DNA from: Azolla caroliniana
Lineage: Eukaryota > Plantae > Polypodiophyta
Direction: 5' to 3'
DNA: 64,000 bases
Assembly (NCBI GenBank): GCA_043228905.1
Contig: JBHGNT010000013.1
Span: 18,290,001 to 18,354,000, forward strand
The notes under the pieces are model-generated. The model was not told where the DNA came from, did no database searches, and worked only from the letters and a program-made list of their open reading frames with translations. This document shows positions 13,341 to 23,307 of the stretch, piece by piece (within the stretch, counting starts at the first letter, position 1; every line of letters begins with the position of its first letter). The position numbers and the translations under genes were made by a program.

Positions 13341-13625
13341 TGTGAAATGCACATAAGAGATCAAAACCAGCCTAGTTAGCTTCTTACTTCTTACTCAATT
13401 TATAATTGATACAAAGGTACCCATTTGGGTTGGCTTAGCTAAAAAGGGTGTGCTAAAAGGGTGGGTCGGCTTAGGTACATGCATCCTAAAAAGGTATGCT
13501 TAAAGGGTGGCACAAAGGAACTCATGCACACCACATTTCCCTCCTGAGAGAAACAAGAGACTGAGGAGCAGGAACCGGAATAGGAACAAGAACAAGAACA
13601 ATGACTTTTCGAAGGAGGGGGAGCA

Positions 13626-13708
13626 TGTTGAAGACGAGTCGTCAGTGCGGAAGATCAAGGAGCATTCGAGTCTTGCTGAATACCTGCGTATGACAGATTG
13701 TAGGTCGT

Positions 13709-13745
<37 letters not shown>

Positions 13746-16700
13746 AAAGACTTTCTTATTTCACAAAGAGACAATACAACAACCAACCTTACAAAAAGGT
13801 TGCAAGGTCACTATATATAGTGACCGACTTAGGGCAACTACCCTTTATGCTAATTACATAAATGGCCAAAAACGGGATAGTATGAATACGTCCATTATAC
13901 ACATGTATTCGACACTCCCCCGTAATGGGCGTATACATGGGTTATCTAAGATTACAGGTATAGACTTAGGTTCTCGGACATATCAGCTTTGTTCGAGTCG
14001 GCAGGGTCCGAAGGCAGAAGACCGAACTGGTCGGGTCGGGACAGTTGAAGCCGATCATTAAGGAACTGATGTCGGTTGTCGGGAACCATCCTGCTCTGTG
14101 TCCGAGTCTAACCGGACTGGTTTGTCATTACGCCCATCTGATGCCGAAGAGACCGAAAACGGTCTGCCGAAAGACACTTGGTCATTCCATCTGCGACATT
14201 GTCGGTTGTGGATATTTTCTCTAGACCGATTTTCCCTGAGATGACGCAGTCCCGAACGAAGTGATATCGAACGTCGATATGTTTGGAGGCGTTGTGGTGA
14301 ACCGGATTTTTCGACAAGGCAACAGCACCTTGACTGTCGCTGTAGACAACTGGAGCCGAGTCATGGTCGACTTGTCGAAACGTGTGCGCCAGCCGACCGA
14401 GCCACAAAGCTTCTTTTGCTGCGTCGGACGCAGCTACATATTCTGCTTCGGTCGTTGAGGTCGTTGTGCACTCCTGAAGTTTCGACTTCCACGAGATTGC
14501 TCCATTGCCGAATTTGAAGCAGTATCCGGTTGTTGATTTCCGACTGTCTATACAGCCGGCGAAGTCCGAGTCGGTGTAACCGACTACGCCTGAGGTTCGG
14601 TTCGGACCGAAAAGAATGCCGTGGTCTTTTGTGCCAGCCAGATATCTGAACACATGCTTGACTGCGTTCCAATGCGATCGGCCAGGATTGTGCATAAATC
14701 TGCTAACGACTCCTACGGCATGAGAGATATCAGGCCGTGTCGCGACCATCAGGTACATAAGGGAGCCGACTGCCGGTGCATACGGTACCGACTTCATATC
14801 TGCCCCCTCCGGACCGGATGTCGGGCAGTCTCGCTGAGAGAGCCGAAGATTCATAGGGAGCGGGGTTGAAGCAGATTTGGTTGATTGCATGTTGAAGCGT
14901 TCTAAGACACGTCGGATATAGTCGGTCTGAGACAGAAAAAGATGTCGTTTATCGCGATGCCGACTAATCTTCATGCCGAGTATGTGTCGTGCCGGACCGA
15001 GGTCCTTCATGGCAAACTTCAACCGCAGTTGCCGAATGAGATCGGCAAGTTCGCCCGCGTGGCGCCCAGAAATTAGCATGTCGTCCACGTAAATGATGAG
15101 GAAGATGGGTGATCCATCTTGAGCTGTGTTGGTGAAGAGACAATGGTCCTCATCGCTTTTGGAGAAGCCGATCGATTGGATGAAGTCGTCGAACTTCTTG
15201 TACCATTGTCGTGGTGCCTGTTTGAGGCCGTATAGACTCTTCCTGAGTCGGCAGACTAGATGTTCTTGGCCAGTTGCCACGAAGCCTTTTGGCTGCTCCA
15301 TATAGATTTCCTCCTCGAGATCACCATGGAGGAAGGCTGTTTTGACATCTAGCTGAATCAGCTCCAAGTTGTCGGCTGCCACTACGCCGAGTAGAAAACG
15401 AAGGGTTGTCATTTTCACCACTGGTGAAAAAATCTCGTCGAAGTCGACGCCATATTCTTGTCGGAAGCCCTTCGCAACTAATCTAGCCTTGTACTTTGGG
15501 GTGGTCGAATCAGACGTCTCTTTGAGTCGATAGACCCACTTGCAAGGAAGAGCACGTTGGTTCCTAGGTAATTCGACCAGATCCCAGGTCTTGTTTGCCC
15601 GAATGGAGTGCATTTCCGACTCCATCGCCAGATGCCAGGTGGCGGAATCGACAGATGTCGATGCTTCTTCGTAAGACGTCGGTTCGCCGGCGTCGGTGAA
15701 GAAAATTCCAGGAGAATACCTCTCCGGAGGTTGCGACACTCTCTCGGATCGTCGAGGTATGATTGGACTGGTCGCATCAGGTATCGAGGTCGGATGGTCC
15801 GAAAGCGGATTGTTCTGCTGTGCCGAGTTGGAGTTGTCCGAGTCGGTAGTGTAAGGTTCAGCTACCCGTGAAGTTGACCGTGTGTTGAGAGCAGGGCCTT
15901 CTTGAAGGGTCGGCACATCGGAGAATGTTACCCTTCGGACTTCGATCGGTTTTTCGACTGATGGATTCATAGCCGACTCGTTGAACACAACGTCCGAACT
16001 TCGAACGATTTGTCTGCGTTCGGGGTCCCAGAGTCGGTATCCCATTTCGCCGTCGGATCCATATCCAAGGAAAATGCATTTCCTGGACCGAGGTGCAAGT
16101 TTTCGGCGATCATCTTTCGGAATAAGGGCGTACGCCTCGCATCCGAAGATCCTCAGCTTGTCGTAATTCGGCTTACTGCCGATCCATAGTTCCTGAGGAA
16201 TTTGAAGTCCTAGAGGTCTACTTGGCGACATATTGATTATGTGTACTGCCGTGAGTAGAGCCTCTGCCCAGAAGCCATCCGACAGTCCGGAGTGTTGAAG
16301 CATGGAAACTATCCGTTCTTGGATTGTCCGATTCATGCGTTCGGCAATCCCGTTTTGCTCCGGGCTGTGTGGTGCCGTAAATTCACGTCGGATGCCGCGT
16401 TGTCGGCAGAATTTGACGAATTCTTCTGATTTGAACTCTCCCCCATTGTCTGTCCGAAAGCATTTCAGCTTTCGGTCGGTTTGATTTTCTACCATAGCGA
16501 GCCAATCGGTGAAGATCGAGAAGACCCGGTCTTTGGTGCGAATTGGATAAGCCCACACCTTTCGAGTCGAATCGTCAATAAAAGTGACGAAGTAAGAGGC
16601 ACCGCCGAGAGACTGATGCGGCATTGGGCCACAGACGTCCGAGTGGACCAAATCAAGAGGTCTCGTTTCTCTGGGTGCTGATGTCGGGTGTGATGCGGCT

Positions 16701-18872
16701 GCTTGTTTGCCATACTGGCAATGCTCGCAGAATTGATGGTCCGAGAAGGAGAGTTTGGGGATGTATCCGGCTCTAGATAGGTGCGTGATGCCGGCCTTGC
16801 TGAGGTGTCCTAATCTTCGGTGCCATAATGATGACACAGGAATATCCACCAAAAACAGGTTACCCTCTCTGAGCGTAACATGTAGCGGATACAGGGAGTG
16901 TATCTTGGGTCCTCTAGCAAGCAGGAGGTTCCCCCTGTGGAGTGTCCACCCTCCCGAAGAAAAACCGGCACGAATGCCGTCTTCATCTAGTTGTCCGACT
17001 GAGATCAATGGCCTTGAGAGCTCGGGTACATGTCGGACATTGTGGAGTACAAGTGTAGAGCCACCTGCAAGGTTGAGCTCTACTGTGCCGATTCCGATGA
17101 TGTCACAGTGTTGCGAGTTACCGACTCGAACTGAGTCGGAGTGACGGATCGTATATTGCCGAAATTGGGATCGATGAGGAGTCACGTGAAATGACACGCC
17201 CGAATCTAAGAGCCATGTGCTCGATTCTTCAGTCGTGAGTAGAACTTCTGATCCGACTGGATTTTCGATTGATAGTATATTCGGGTCGTCCGGTAGTACA
17301 TCAGCTGAGAAGCTGACGTAATTGAGCTCCTCATGCCGGCCACTCTTCTTGTTGTTCTTGTTCTTGAGTGCGCGGCAGTCGGCTTTGATGTGTCCGGGTT
17401 TCTTGCAATAGTTGCAGATTCGGTTATCCCGTGACTGGCTCCGTCTTCGCTGATTGTTCGGCGGCCGTGAGGAATCTCTTCCTCGTATATTCGATCGGTC
17501 TGTCGAACCTTGTACTACGTAAGCGTCTTCTGTTGAGTCTTTGGCGAAAGACTTTCTCCGAGCTGCTTCGGTCAGGATTGCGCTCGTGACTTCGGAGTAT
17601 TTAACAGCCGTGGTTGACGCGTTGCACACGGTTGTGACGAAAGTTTCCCATGATGAGGGAAGGCTGCTCATGAGTATCATTGCTCTGAGTTCATCCTCGA
17701 TTGCCGTCCCCTGTGACGAGATTTGGGAGCTTATGCTTTCGTACTCATTGAGGTGTGCTTGAACCGAATCGGATTCTTTCATCCGCAAGTTGTAGAGGCG
17801 CCGGATCAGAAACATCTTCGTTGCGGCGACCTTCTTTTCGTAAGTGTCCGACAGTGTTTTCCACAGTTCGAATGCTGTCGTACACGATTGCACCGTAAAG
17901 TATACCGATTCCGATAGGTGCATCCGTATCGTGGCGCGGACAATTCTGTCCAGCTTCTGCCACTCAATTGGTTTGTATCCTTCTGGAGGTTCTTCATTTT
18001 CGATGGGATCCATTTGCCCCTTGACTATGAGATAGTCCTGCATTTGCTCCTTCCAGAAGTTGAAGTTCGATCCATCGAACTTTCGTAGACTCATTTCTGA
18101 CGAGCCGGATGTTGATGCCATCAAATTCGGTTTCGGTTGACGAAGCTCGGTTCGGAGTTGACTTCGAACCTTGTTGGGATGCAGCCGGTTGGCTCACCTG
18201 ATATCGTTCTAGTCGGATTTGAACCCGAGTCGGTTCGGCTTCGGAACTTGCTCGAATTGACTTCGGTAGCTTGAGGGACAGAACCGACTGGTCTTCCCGA
18301 ATGTTGCCGAATACCAATTATTGAAACCGATTATCTGGACCGATTCTGCTTCGGGTGGCTGCAGCGACGAGAGAGACAGATCCAACTGATCCTCTCGAAT
18401 GTCGATCAGCCGGATGAAGCGCGAATTGGGGTTGTTGTCTTGAGACCGATCTGCACCGAGTGGTTACAACGAGCAGCGAGCAGCGTTTAATGACCTTTTC
18501 GGATGCCGTTTAACCGAATGGAGCACGATCATGTCAATGATGCACAAGGGGATTTCACCTCGAGCGGTTACGATCACAAGGAACAGAGTACAACCTGATG
18601 GCTTACTCCAAGCAAGAGGATCTAACGCGATGAGGTGCAAACCTCGTTTTTGTTCTTCTTCTCTCTTTCTTCGAATGACGCGAATACTGTGCAGGCCGTG
18701 ATGAAGTGAAGAACCGAATGCTGTGCAGGCGGTGACGACGGCCGACAGCGGATTGAAGGACCGAATGCTGTGCAAGCTCTGATACCAGATGTTGAAGACG
18801 AGTCGTCAGTGCGGAAGATCAAGGAGCATTCGAGTCTTGCTGAATACCTGCGTATGACAGATTGTAGGTCGT

Positions 18873-18903
<31 letters not shown>

Positions 18904-19076
18904 CACAAAAGATTTTCTTATTTCACAAAGAGACAATACAACAACCAACCTTACAAAAAGGTTGCAAGGTCACTATATATAGTGACCGACTTAGGGCAAC
19001 TACCCTTTATGCTAATTACATAAATGGCCAAAAACGGGATAGTATGAATACGTCCATTATACACATGTATTCGACA
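13626..19076 (-). mobile_element. Intact Ty1/copia element C1, nested in the TRIM-like element
   Basis: LTRs at 13626-13914 and 18790-19076 differ mainly in (AG)n length. TSD GAGCA at 13621-13625 and 19077-19081. iMet PBS at 18776-18787. PPT at 13915-13921. Confidence 0.98.
14108..18124 (-). CDS. Copia Gag-Pol polyprotein, 1338 aa
   Basis: Open ORF with CNYCKKPGHIKADC, LDSGVS, HSDVCGP, DNGGEF, IYVDD and SKHID. Confidence 0.96.
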   Translation of the reverse strand: MMASTSGSSEMSLRKFDGSNFNFWKEQMQDYLIVKGQMDPIENEEPPEGYKPIEWQKLDRIVRATIRMHLSESVYFTVQSCTTAFELWKTLSDTYEKKVAATKMFLIRRLYNLRMKESDSVQAHLNEYESISSQISSQGTAIEDELRAMILMSSLPSSWETFVTTVCNASTTAVKYSEVTSAILTEAARRKSFAKDSTEDAYVVQGSTDRSNIRGRDSSRPPNNQRRRSQSRDNRICNYCKKPGHIKADCRALKNKNNKKSGRHEELNYVSFSADVLPDDPNILSIENPVGSEVLLTTEESSTWLLDSGVSFHVTPHRSQFRQYTIRHSDSVRVGNSQHCDIIGIGTVELNLAGGSTLVLHNVRHVPELSRPLISVGQLDEDGIRAGFSSGGWTLHRGNLLLARGPKIHSLYPLHVTLREGNLFLVDIPVSSLWHRRLGHLSKAGITHLSRAGYIPKLSFSDHQFCEHCQYGKQAAASHPTSAPRETRPLDLVHSDVCGPMPHQSLGGASYFVTFIDDSTRKVWAYPIRTKDRVFSIFTDWLAMVENQTDRKLKCFRTDNGGEFKSEEFVKFCRQRGIRREFTAPHSPEQNGIAERMNRTIQERIVSMLQHSGLSDGFWAEALLTAVHIINMSPSRPLGLQIPQELWIGSKPNYDKLRIFGCEAYALIPKDDRRKLAPRSRKCIFLGYGSDGEMGYRLWDPERRQIVRSSDVVFNESAMNPSVEKPIEVRRVTFSDVPTLQEGPALNTRSTSRVAEPYTTDSDNSNSAQQNNPLSDHPTSIPDATSPIIPRRSERVSQPPERYSPGIFFTDAGEPTSYEEASTSVDSATWHLAMESEMHSIRANKTWDLVELPRNQRALPCKWVYRLKETSDSTTPKYKARLVAKGFRQEYGVDFDEIFSPVVKMTTLRFLLGVVAADNLELIQLDVKTAFLHGDLEEEIYMEQPKGFVATGQEHLVCRLRKSLYGLKQAPRQWYKKFDDFIQSIGFSKSDEDHCLFTNTAQDGSPIFLIIYVDDMLISGRHAGELADLIRQLRLKFAMKDLGPARHILGMKISRHRDKRHLFLSQTDYIRRVLERFNMQSTKSASTPLPMNLRLSQRDCPTSGPEGADMKSVPYAPAVGSLMYLMVATRPDISHAVGVVSRFMHNPGRSHWNAVKHVFRYLAGTKDHGILFGPNRTSGVVGYTDSDFAGCIDSRKSTTGYCFKFGNGAISWKSKLQECTTTSTTEAEYVAASDAAKEALWLGRLAHTFRQVDHDSAPVVYSDSQGAVALSKNPVHHNASKHIDVRYHFVRDCVISGKIGLEKISTTDNVADGMTKCLSADRFRSLRHQMGVMTNQSG

Positions 19077-20121
19077 GAGCATCTGTTGGAGGTAGAGCTC
19101 CCAAGTGGCACTATCCATGTTGGCAGGTTTCGAATGGACATCAATGGACACTTGTGGTGGGTGACGGTGGCATGGATCGATGTAAGCGGCAATGTCCTTC
19201 TTGAGGGTCTTGTTGAGGCGTTTAGTGAGGCCATTTGTCTAATGATGGTATGGGGACGTAAACATTTGCTAGACACCGAATTGATCTGCAACGGCATTGA
19301 CGACATCCCCATGGAACTACCAGACCTTATAGCTGGATGAGGTTAGTGACGGAAAACGAGATAGCAATCGACGAATAAATATCAATCGCTCCTGTGGACT
19401 AAGGACCCCCTAGACTTTGTTGAGGTGGGGGACATGAGGGCTATCGTGTACGAGCTGGCAATTGGCGGATGGAGATCAATCACTCATGTGGACTGAGGGC
19501 TACCACAACTTGTCTAAGGTGGGGGACATGAGGGCTATCATGTAGGAGGGGGATCAGAGAAACTCGTGGGACAAGAAGTTAATGGGCAACCTAAGATGAG
19601 GGGGAAGAGGTGGATGCTTGAACGTGGAGGACTGGTACCCCGCATCTCAACCAATATGTGAAATGCACATAAGAGATCAAAACCAACCTAGTTAGCTTCT
19701 TACTTCTTACTCAATTTATAGTTGATACAAAGGTACCCATTTGGGTTGCCTTAGCTAAAAAGGGTGTGCTAAAAGGGTGGGTCAGCTTAGGTACATGCAT
19801 CCTAAAAAGGTATGCTAAAAAGGTGGCACAAAGGAACTCATGCACACCACAATATATATATATGTTTTTATTGATATATTGTGCGCACTTACGGCTTTTT
19901 ACACACGAAACCGTTTTCCCCCAATTTTACTTTTCTCTGCACATTTGAGTAAGCATAGCCCCAACAACCACCGATTAGATCCTCTTTGCTCCTTAATCAA
20001 TCCCATACAACTCCTCACGAGGTTTCCGCTTCACCACGTTGCTGCTCACGACATTATTGTGCTCCTATAGTCTTCTTTGGGCATGTAGACTTTCTGTGCG
20101 TTTCTGGGTTTTCTAAGGCAT

Positions 20122-20390
20122 AGGGTTTAGGGAATTCAAAAATAATTGATTGTAAAGAGTATGTGATGCATTGGTCTAGTTTTTATGTCTGAATTGGAGC
20201 AAATATTCCTATTAGGTTCACAAATTAGGGGTTTCTTACTCTGAGGGTTAGGGAATTCAAAAATAATTGACTATAGAAGAGTATGTGATGTATTTGTCTG
20301 GTTGTTATGGCTGAATTGGAGTCCATATGTCGATATGGTTCACAAGTTATGGGTTTCTTAGACCGAGGGTTTAGGGAACTCAAAAATAAT
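20122..20390. repeat. Degenerate tandem repeat, ~121-bp unit, about 2.3 copies
   Basis: AGGGTT(T)AGGGAA(T/C)TCAAAAATAAT recurs at ~20122, ~20243 and ~20365 with homologous spacers. Confidence 0.75.
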
Positions 20391-20872
20391 AGATAAGTCA
20401 ATGTGAAATTAGTTAATTAGCTTTATTAAGACTTAGAAATCATATTTTTGTTGAATTTTTGCTCTTGTTTCTAAGCTATCGCTAAAAGTAGGCAAATGAA
20501 CTTATATGATTTAGGTATGAAATTGCAAAAGAACTTTGAAATCTTATTTTTATTGATGATTTTGTTGTTTTTTTGAAATTTTGGAACATAATTTCAATTT
20601 GGTTTGACGTATTTTGTCATGAAACAATGTAAATTTTTTGATCAGGATTTTGACATCTATAGTAATAAAAAATGCACTTAATATAATGACGCACTTAACC
20701 AGACACACAGTTAACCAAATGGTTATTGATATATATATATATATATATATAACTTGCTTAAGCTTAAAACAATCCTACGGATCCTCGATTGGATGTGGAA
20801 GACTCACTTGGCTGATCGGATGGTCTCGTTTGACCTTGAGGACGTCTTGAGTTCCAAGAATTTCAAAAATGT

Positions 20873-21165
20873 TGTAAAAACCTAAAAGTTCTTACATCCA
20901 TAGAACCTAAAAGAATTTCAACACAGTTCTTACATCCATAGAACCTAAAAGAATTTCAACACAGGGGACAACTTGTGTATGTACGTGTATGTGTACGTGT
21001 ATTGTGATGACAAGTCATATTGACATAAGGTATATGTAGAAAATGGCTCCCACACATTTAGGGACATGCACATACACTCCCTCCCCTGCCACCATCACTA
21101 CTACTAAGATGGGGGGAATATTCTCCTCTCGTCGAACCAGCAGGGACACAGAAGTGGGTGACAAT
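20873..21165 (+). repeat. Left arm of a long inverted repeat (partner 27774-28016); contains a 38-bp tandem duplication at 20887-20962
   Basis: ACTACTAAGATGGGGGGAATATTCTCCTCTCGTCGAACCAGCAGGGACACAGAAGTGGGTGACAAT is the reverse complement of 27774-27839 with few mismatches. Homology extends outward. Confidence 0.9.
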
Positions 21166-21354
21166 GCAGAATTTTGACAGCTCCCATTTTCGACATCTCA
21201 AAGTCGCTTTGGACATGGAGGGGGTTTCTGATTTTAAAGCAAGTCCTACATTGCCAAAAACAGGGATTGGGTGTTAAATATTAAGTACTAACTAACTAAT
21301 ATACAGCAGCAGCTTCATTAGTTAGTATTTGGTCCAAAAGCAAAAGAATTAAAC

Positions 21355-23175
21355 ATGAAGTGGTGTTGCTGTCTAAGCGTCAAACCTGAAGAATCAAAAC
21401 CGGCAGATCAACAAACAAGAGAACGATCAGCAGACCCAAAACCGGCAGATCAACATACAAGGGAAGGATCAACAGGCCCAAAACCGGCAGATCAAGATAC
21501 AAGGAAAGGATCAACAGACCCAAAACCAGGAGATGAACATACAAGAGAACGATCAGCAGACCCAAAACCGGCAGATCAAGATACAAGGGAAGGATCAACA
21601 GACCCAAAACCGGTAGATCAATATCCAAGAGAACGATCAGCAGACCCAAAAACGGCAGATCAACATACAAAGGAAGGATCAACAGCCCCAAAACAGGCAG
21701 ATCAATATACAAAGATAGGATCGACAGACCAATATACACGTAGGGAACAATTGAAGATTATATACAACAAACACTTCCGATCAGCAGATCTGTATAGGAC
21801 CGTTCGCATCCTGGTAGTGGGACGTTCGGGCAGTGGCAAGACCACCCTCATTCGCTTGATCGTTGGCAAGGAGGGGCCCTGCAATCTTGGGGATAAAGCT
21901 GTGGCTGGTGTCCAGGACATCCGCAAAGAATGGCGGTGCCTGCAGGACGAGGGCCTCCCAGAGCTTGTCATCCATGACAGCAATGGCATGGACGTGCGTG
22001 GTGAAGAGAATCTCCAAACCGTGAAACAGTTCATCGAGGAGCGGCAGAAGAGAAATGAGGAGTCGGAACGGATCAACCTCATATGGTATGTGTTCAACGC
22101 ATCCGACAACAGATTCGCGGATGATTGCAATCTCATGCAGATCGTCGCGGACAGTGCCATTCCAATGCTTCTCATCATGACATACAACGATATCCCTCAA
22201 TTGGTGGATCAACACGTTACGGATGACAATGTGAATCGGCTTCTAAAAGACATCAAAAATAAGAGCAACAGGGACAAAATAAAGGCTCAAATGGTGAGGA
22301 TCGGCAACAGTGTGAAATTGAACAAAAACACAAATGAAATCACTGGTCTGGAAGACGAGAAAGGGCTGAAGGAGATCTCGAAGAAGTCCATGAACCTTCT
22401 GGACGACAAATTGAAGTACACTTGGATTGTAGCACAGGTAGTGGATCTAGAGGCGAAGATGGATGCGAGCATCACACTGATCCTGGAGTCTGCCAAGTCT
22501 GCACTACACATCCCAAACCTTCTGGAGGATGATCAGGAGCTGGAACCCATACTGTACATCATACATAGCAATGTATGTAGCATTTGGAGGGTGCCTGAAT
22601 ACCTTAGCTCCTGTCTCTTTTATGAACTGCTACTTGTCGAACGCAATCACGGAATCAAGGTGACACAGAGAGAGAACACGGCCTTCCTGATTCACATGCT
22701 GGGAATCCTCATTACAGCCAGGGTAAATCACGAGCTCACAAAAAGGCTAAGCCCTGAAGATGAAGAGAAGGCACACAAGGCAAGCAAGGTGGTGATTACC
22801 TACGAGTTACAGCTCCTGTTGGCCATCCTCTTCATCAAGTCCCGGCAAACGAGAGAGAATCGAAATCTCTACAGCTGGGACACCTCGGCGACTTGGGAAC
22901 ATTACCGAGACTTGTGTGCCGAGTTTATGGATCGGTCCGAGGACCACATGCCCGAGTCGGGATTGAACCTGATTAATGTGTTACAGAAATGGACGACCTC
23001 GCCCGAGACAATCGCGGACCTCATCAGTGACTTCGCGTTCGAGAACTACAAGCTCTACCTGTTGGACAGACCCTCTAGTCTGAAGTCTCTTTTCGGAAGG
23101 ACGAATGAGAATGAGACGAATCCGAGATTACATGAAAAAGTTGATGAGGAGGTACGCCCACCTATATATATTTAA
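21355..23175 (+). CDS. P-loop GTPase (TRAFAC-like G domain) with N-terminal Cys cluster, 14-aa repeats and a helical, hydrophobic C-terminal region; 606 aa unspliced, possibly 704 aa spliced
   Basis: Long open ORF. G1 is GRSGSGKTT after the strand RILVV, G3 is HDSNG, then INLIWYVF and a G4-position LLIMTYND. A paralog lies at 39386-46271. Confidence 0.85.
   Translation: MKWCCCLSVKPEESKPADQQTRERSADPKPADQHTREGSTGPKPADQDTRKGSTDPKPGDEHTRERSADPKPADQDTREGSTDPKPVDQYPRERSADPKTADQHTKEGSTAPKQADQYTKIGSTDQYTRREQLKIIYNKHFRSADLYRTVRILVVGRSGSGKTTLIRLIVGKEGPCNLGDKAVAGVQDIRKEWRCLQDEGLPELVIHDSNGMDVRGEENLQTVKQFIEERQKRNEESERINLIWYVFNASDNRFADDCNLMQIVADSAIPMLLIMTYNDIPQLVDQHVTDDNVNRLLKDIKNKSNRDKIKAQMVRIGNSVKLNKNTNEITGLEDEKGLKEISKKSMNLLDDKLKYTWIVAQVVDLEAKMDASITLILESAKSALHIPNLLEDDQELEPILYIIHSNVCSIWRVPEYLSSCLFYELLLVERNHGIKVTQRENTAFLIHMLGILITARVNHELTKRLSPEDEEKAHKASKVVITYELQLLLAILFIKSRQTRENRNLYSWDTSATWEHYRDLCAEFMDRSEDHMPESGLNLINVLQKWTTSPETIADLISDFAFENYKLYLLDRPSSLKSLFGRTNENETNPRLHEKVDEEVRPPIYI
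21397..21732 (+). repeat. Coding tandem repeat, 8 x 42 bp (consensus ~KPADQxTREGSxDP)
   Basis: Units counted in both DNA and protein; all in frame. Confidence 0.95.
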
Positions 23176-23307
23176 CTTTCAATTCAATGTCTCCTTGTAC
23201 ATCTAAGTTTGTCTCGTAAATATTCATCCCTATGATATATATATATATATATACATATGTATATCATGTATGCCAAAGTTGTATGCCTGTTGTTTTCCTT
23301 GTTCAAG

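Larger units (their letters stand above)
13341..19851 (-). mobile_element. Non-autonomous gypsy-derived mini-element (TRIM-like, ~1.06 kb once copia C1 is removed)
   Basis: 195-bp LTRs at 13341-13535 and 19657-19851 (TG..CA, about 6 mismatches). PPT at 13536-13545. PBS at 19636-19653 matches the tRNA-Ala 3' end. Integrase relic at 19170-19320. ATAT on both flanks. Confidence 0.85.

Noticed and set aside
19636-19653. tRNA-Ala gene
   Set aside because: Only an 18-nt 3'-end match next to an LTR, so it is a primer-binding site; no cloverleaf.
21397-21732. CRISPR-like array
   Set aside because: Units are contiguous and in frame with no unique spacers, there are no cas genes, and the context is eukaryotic.
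21380-21739. Hydrophobic repeat ORF (LYVDLPVLGLLILP)n on the minus strand
   Set aside because: It is the antisense shadow of the 42-bp coding repeat, with no independent support.
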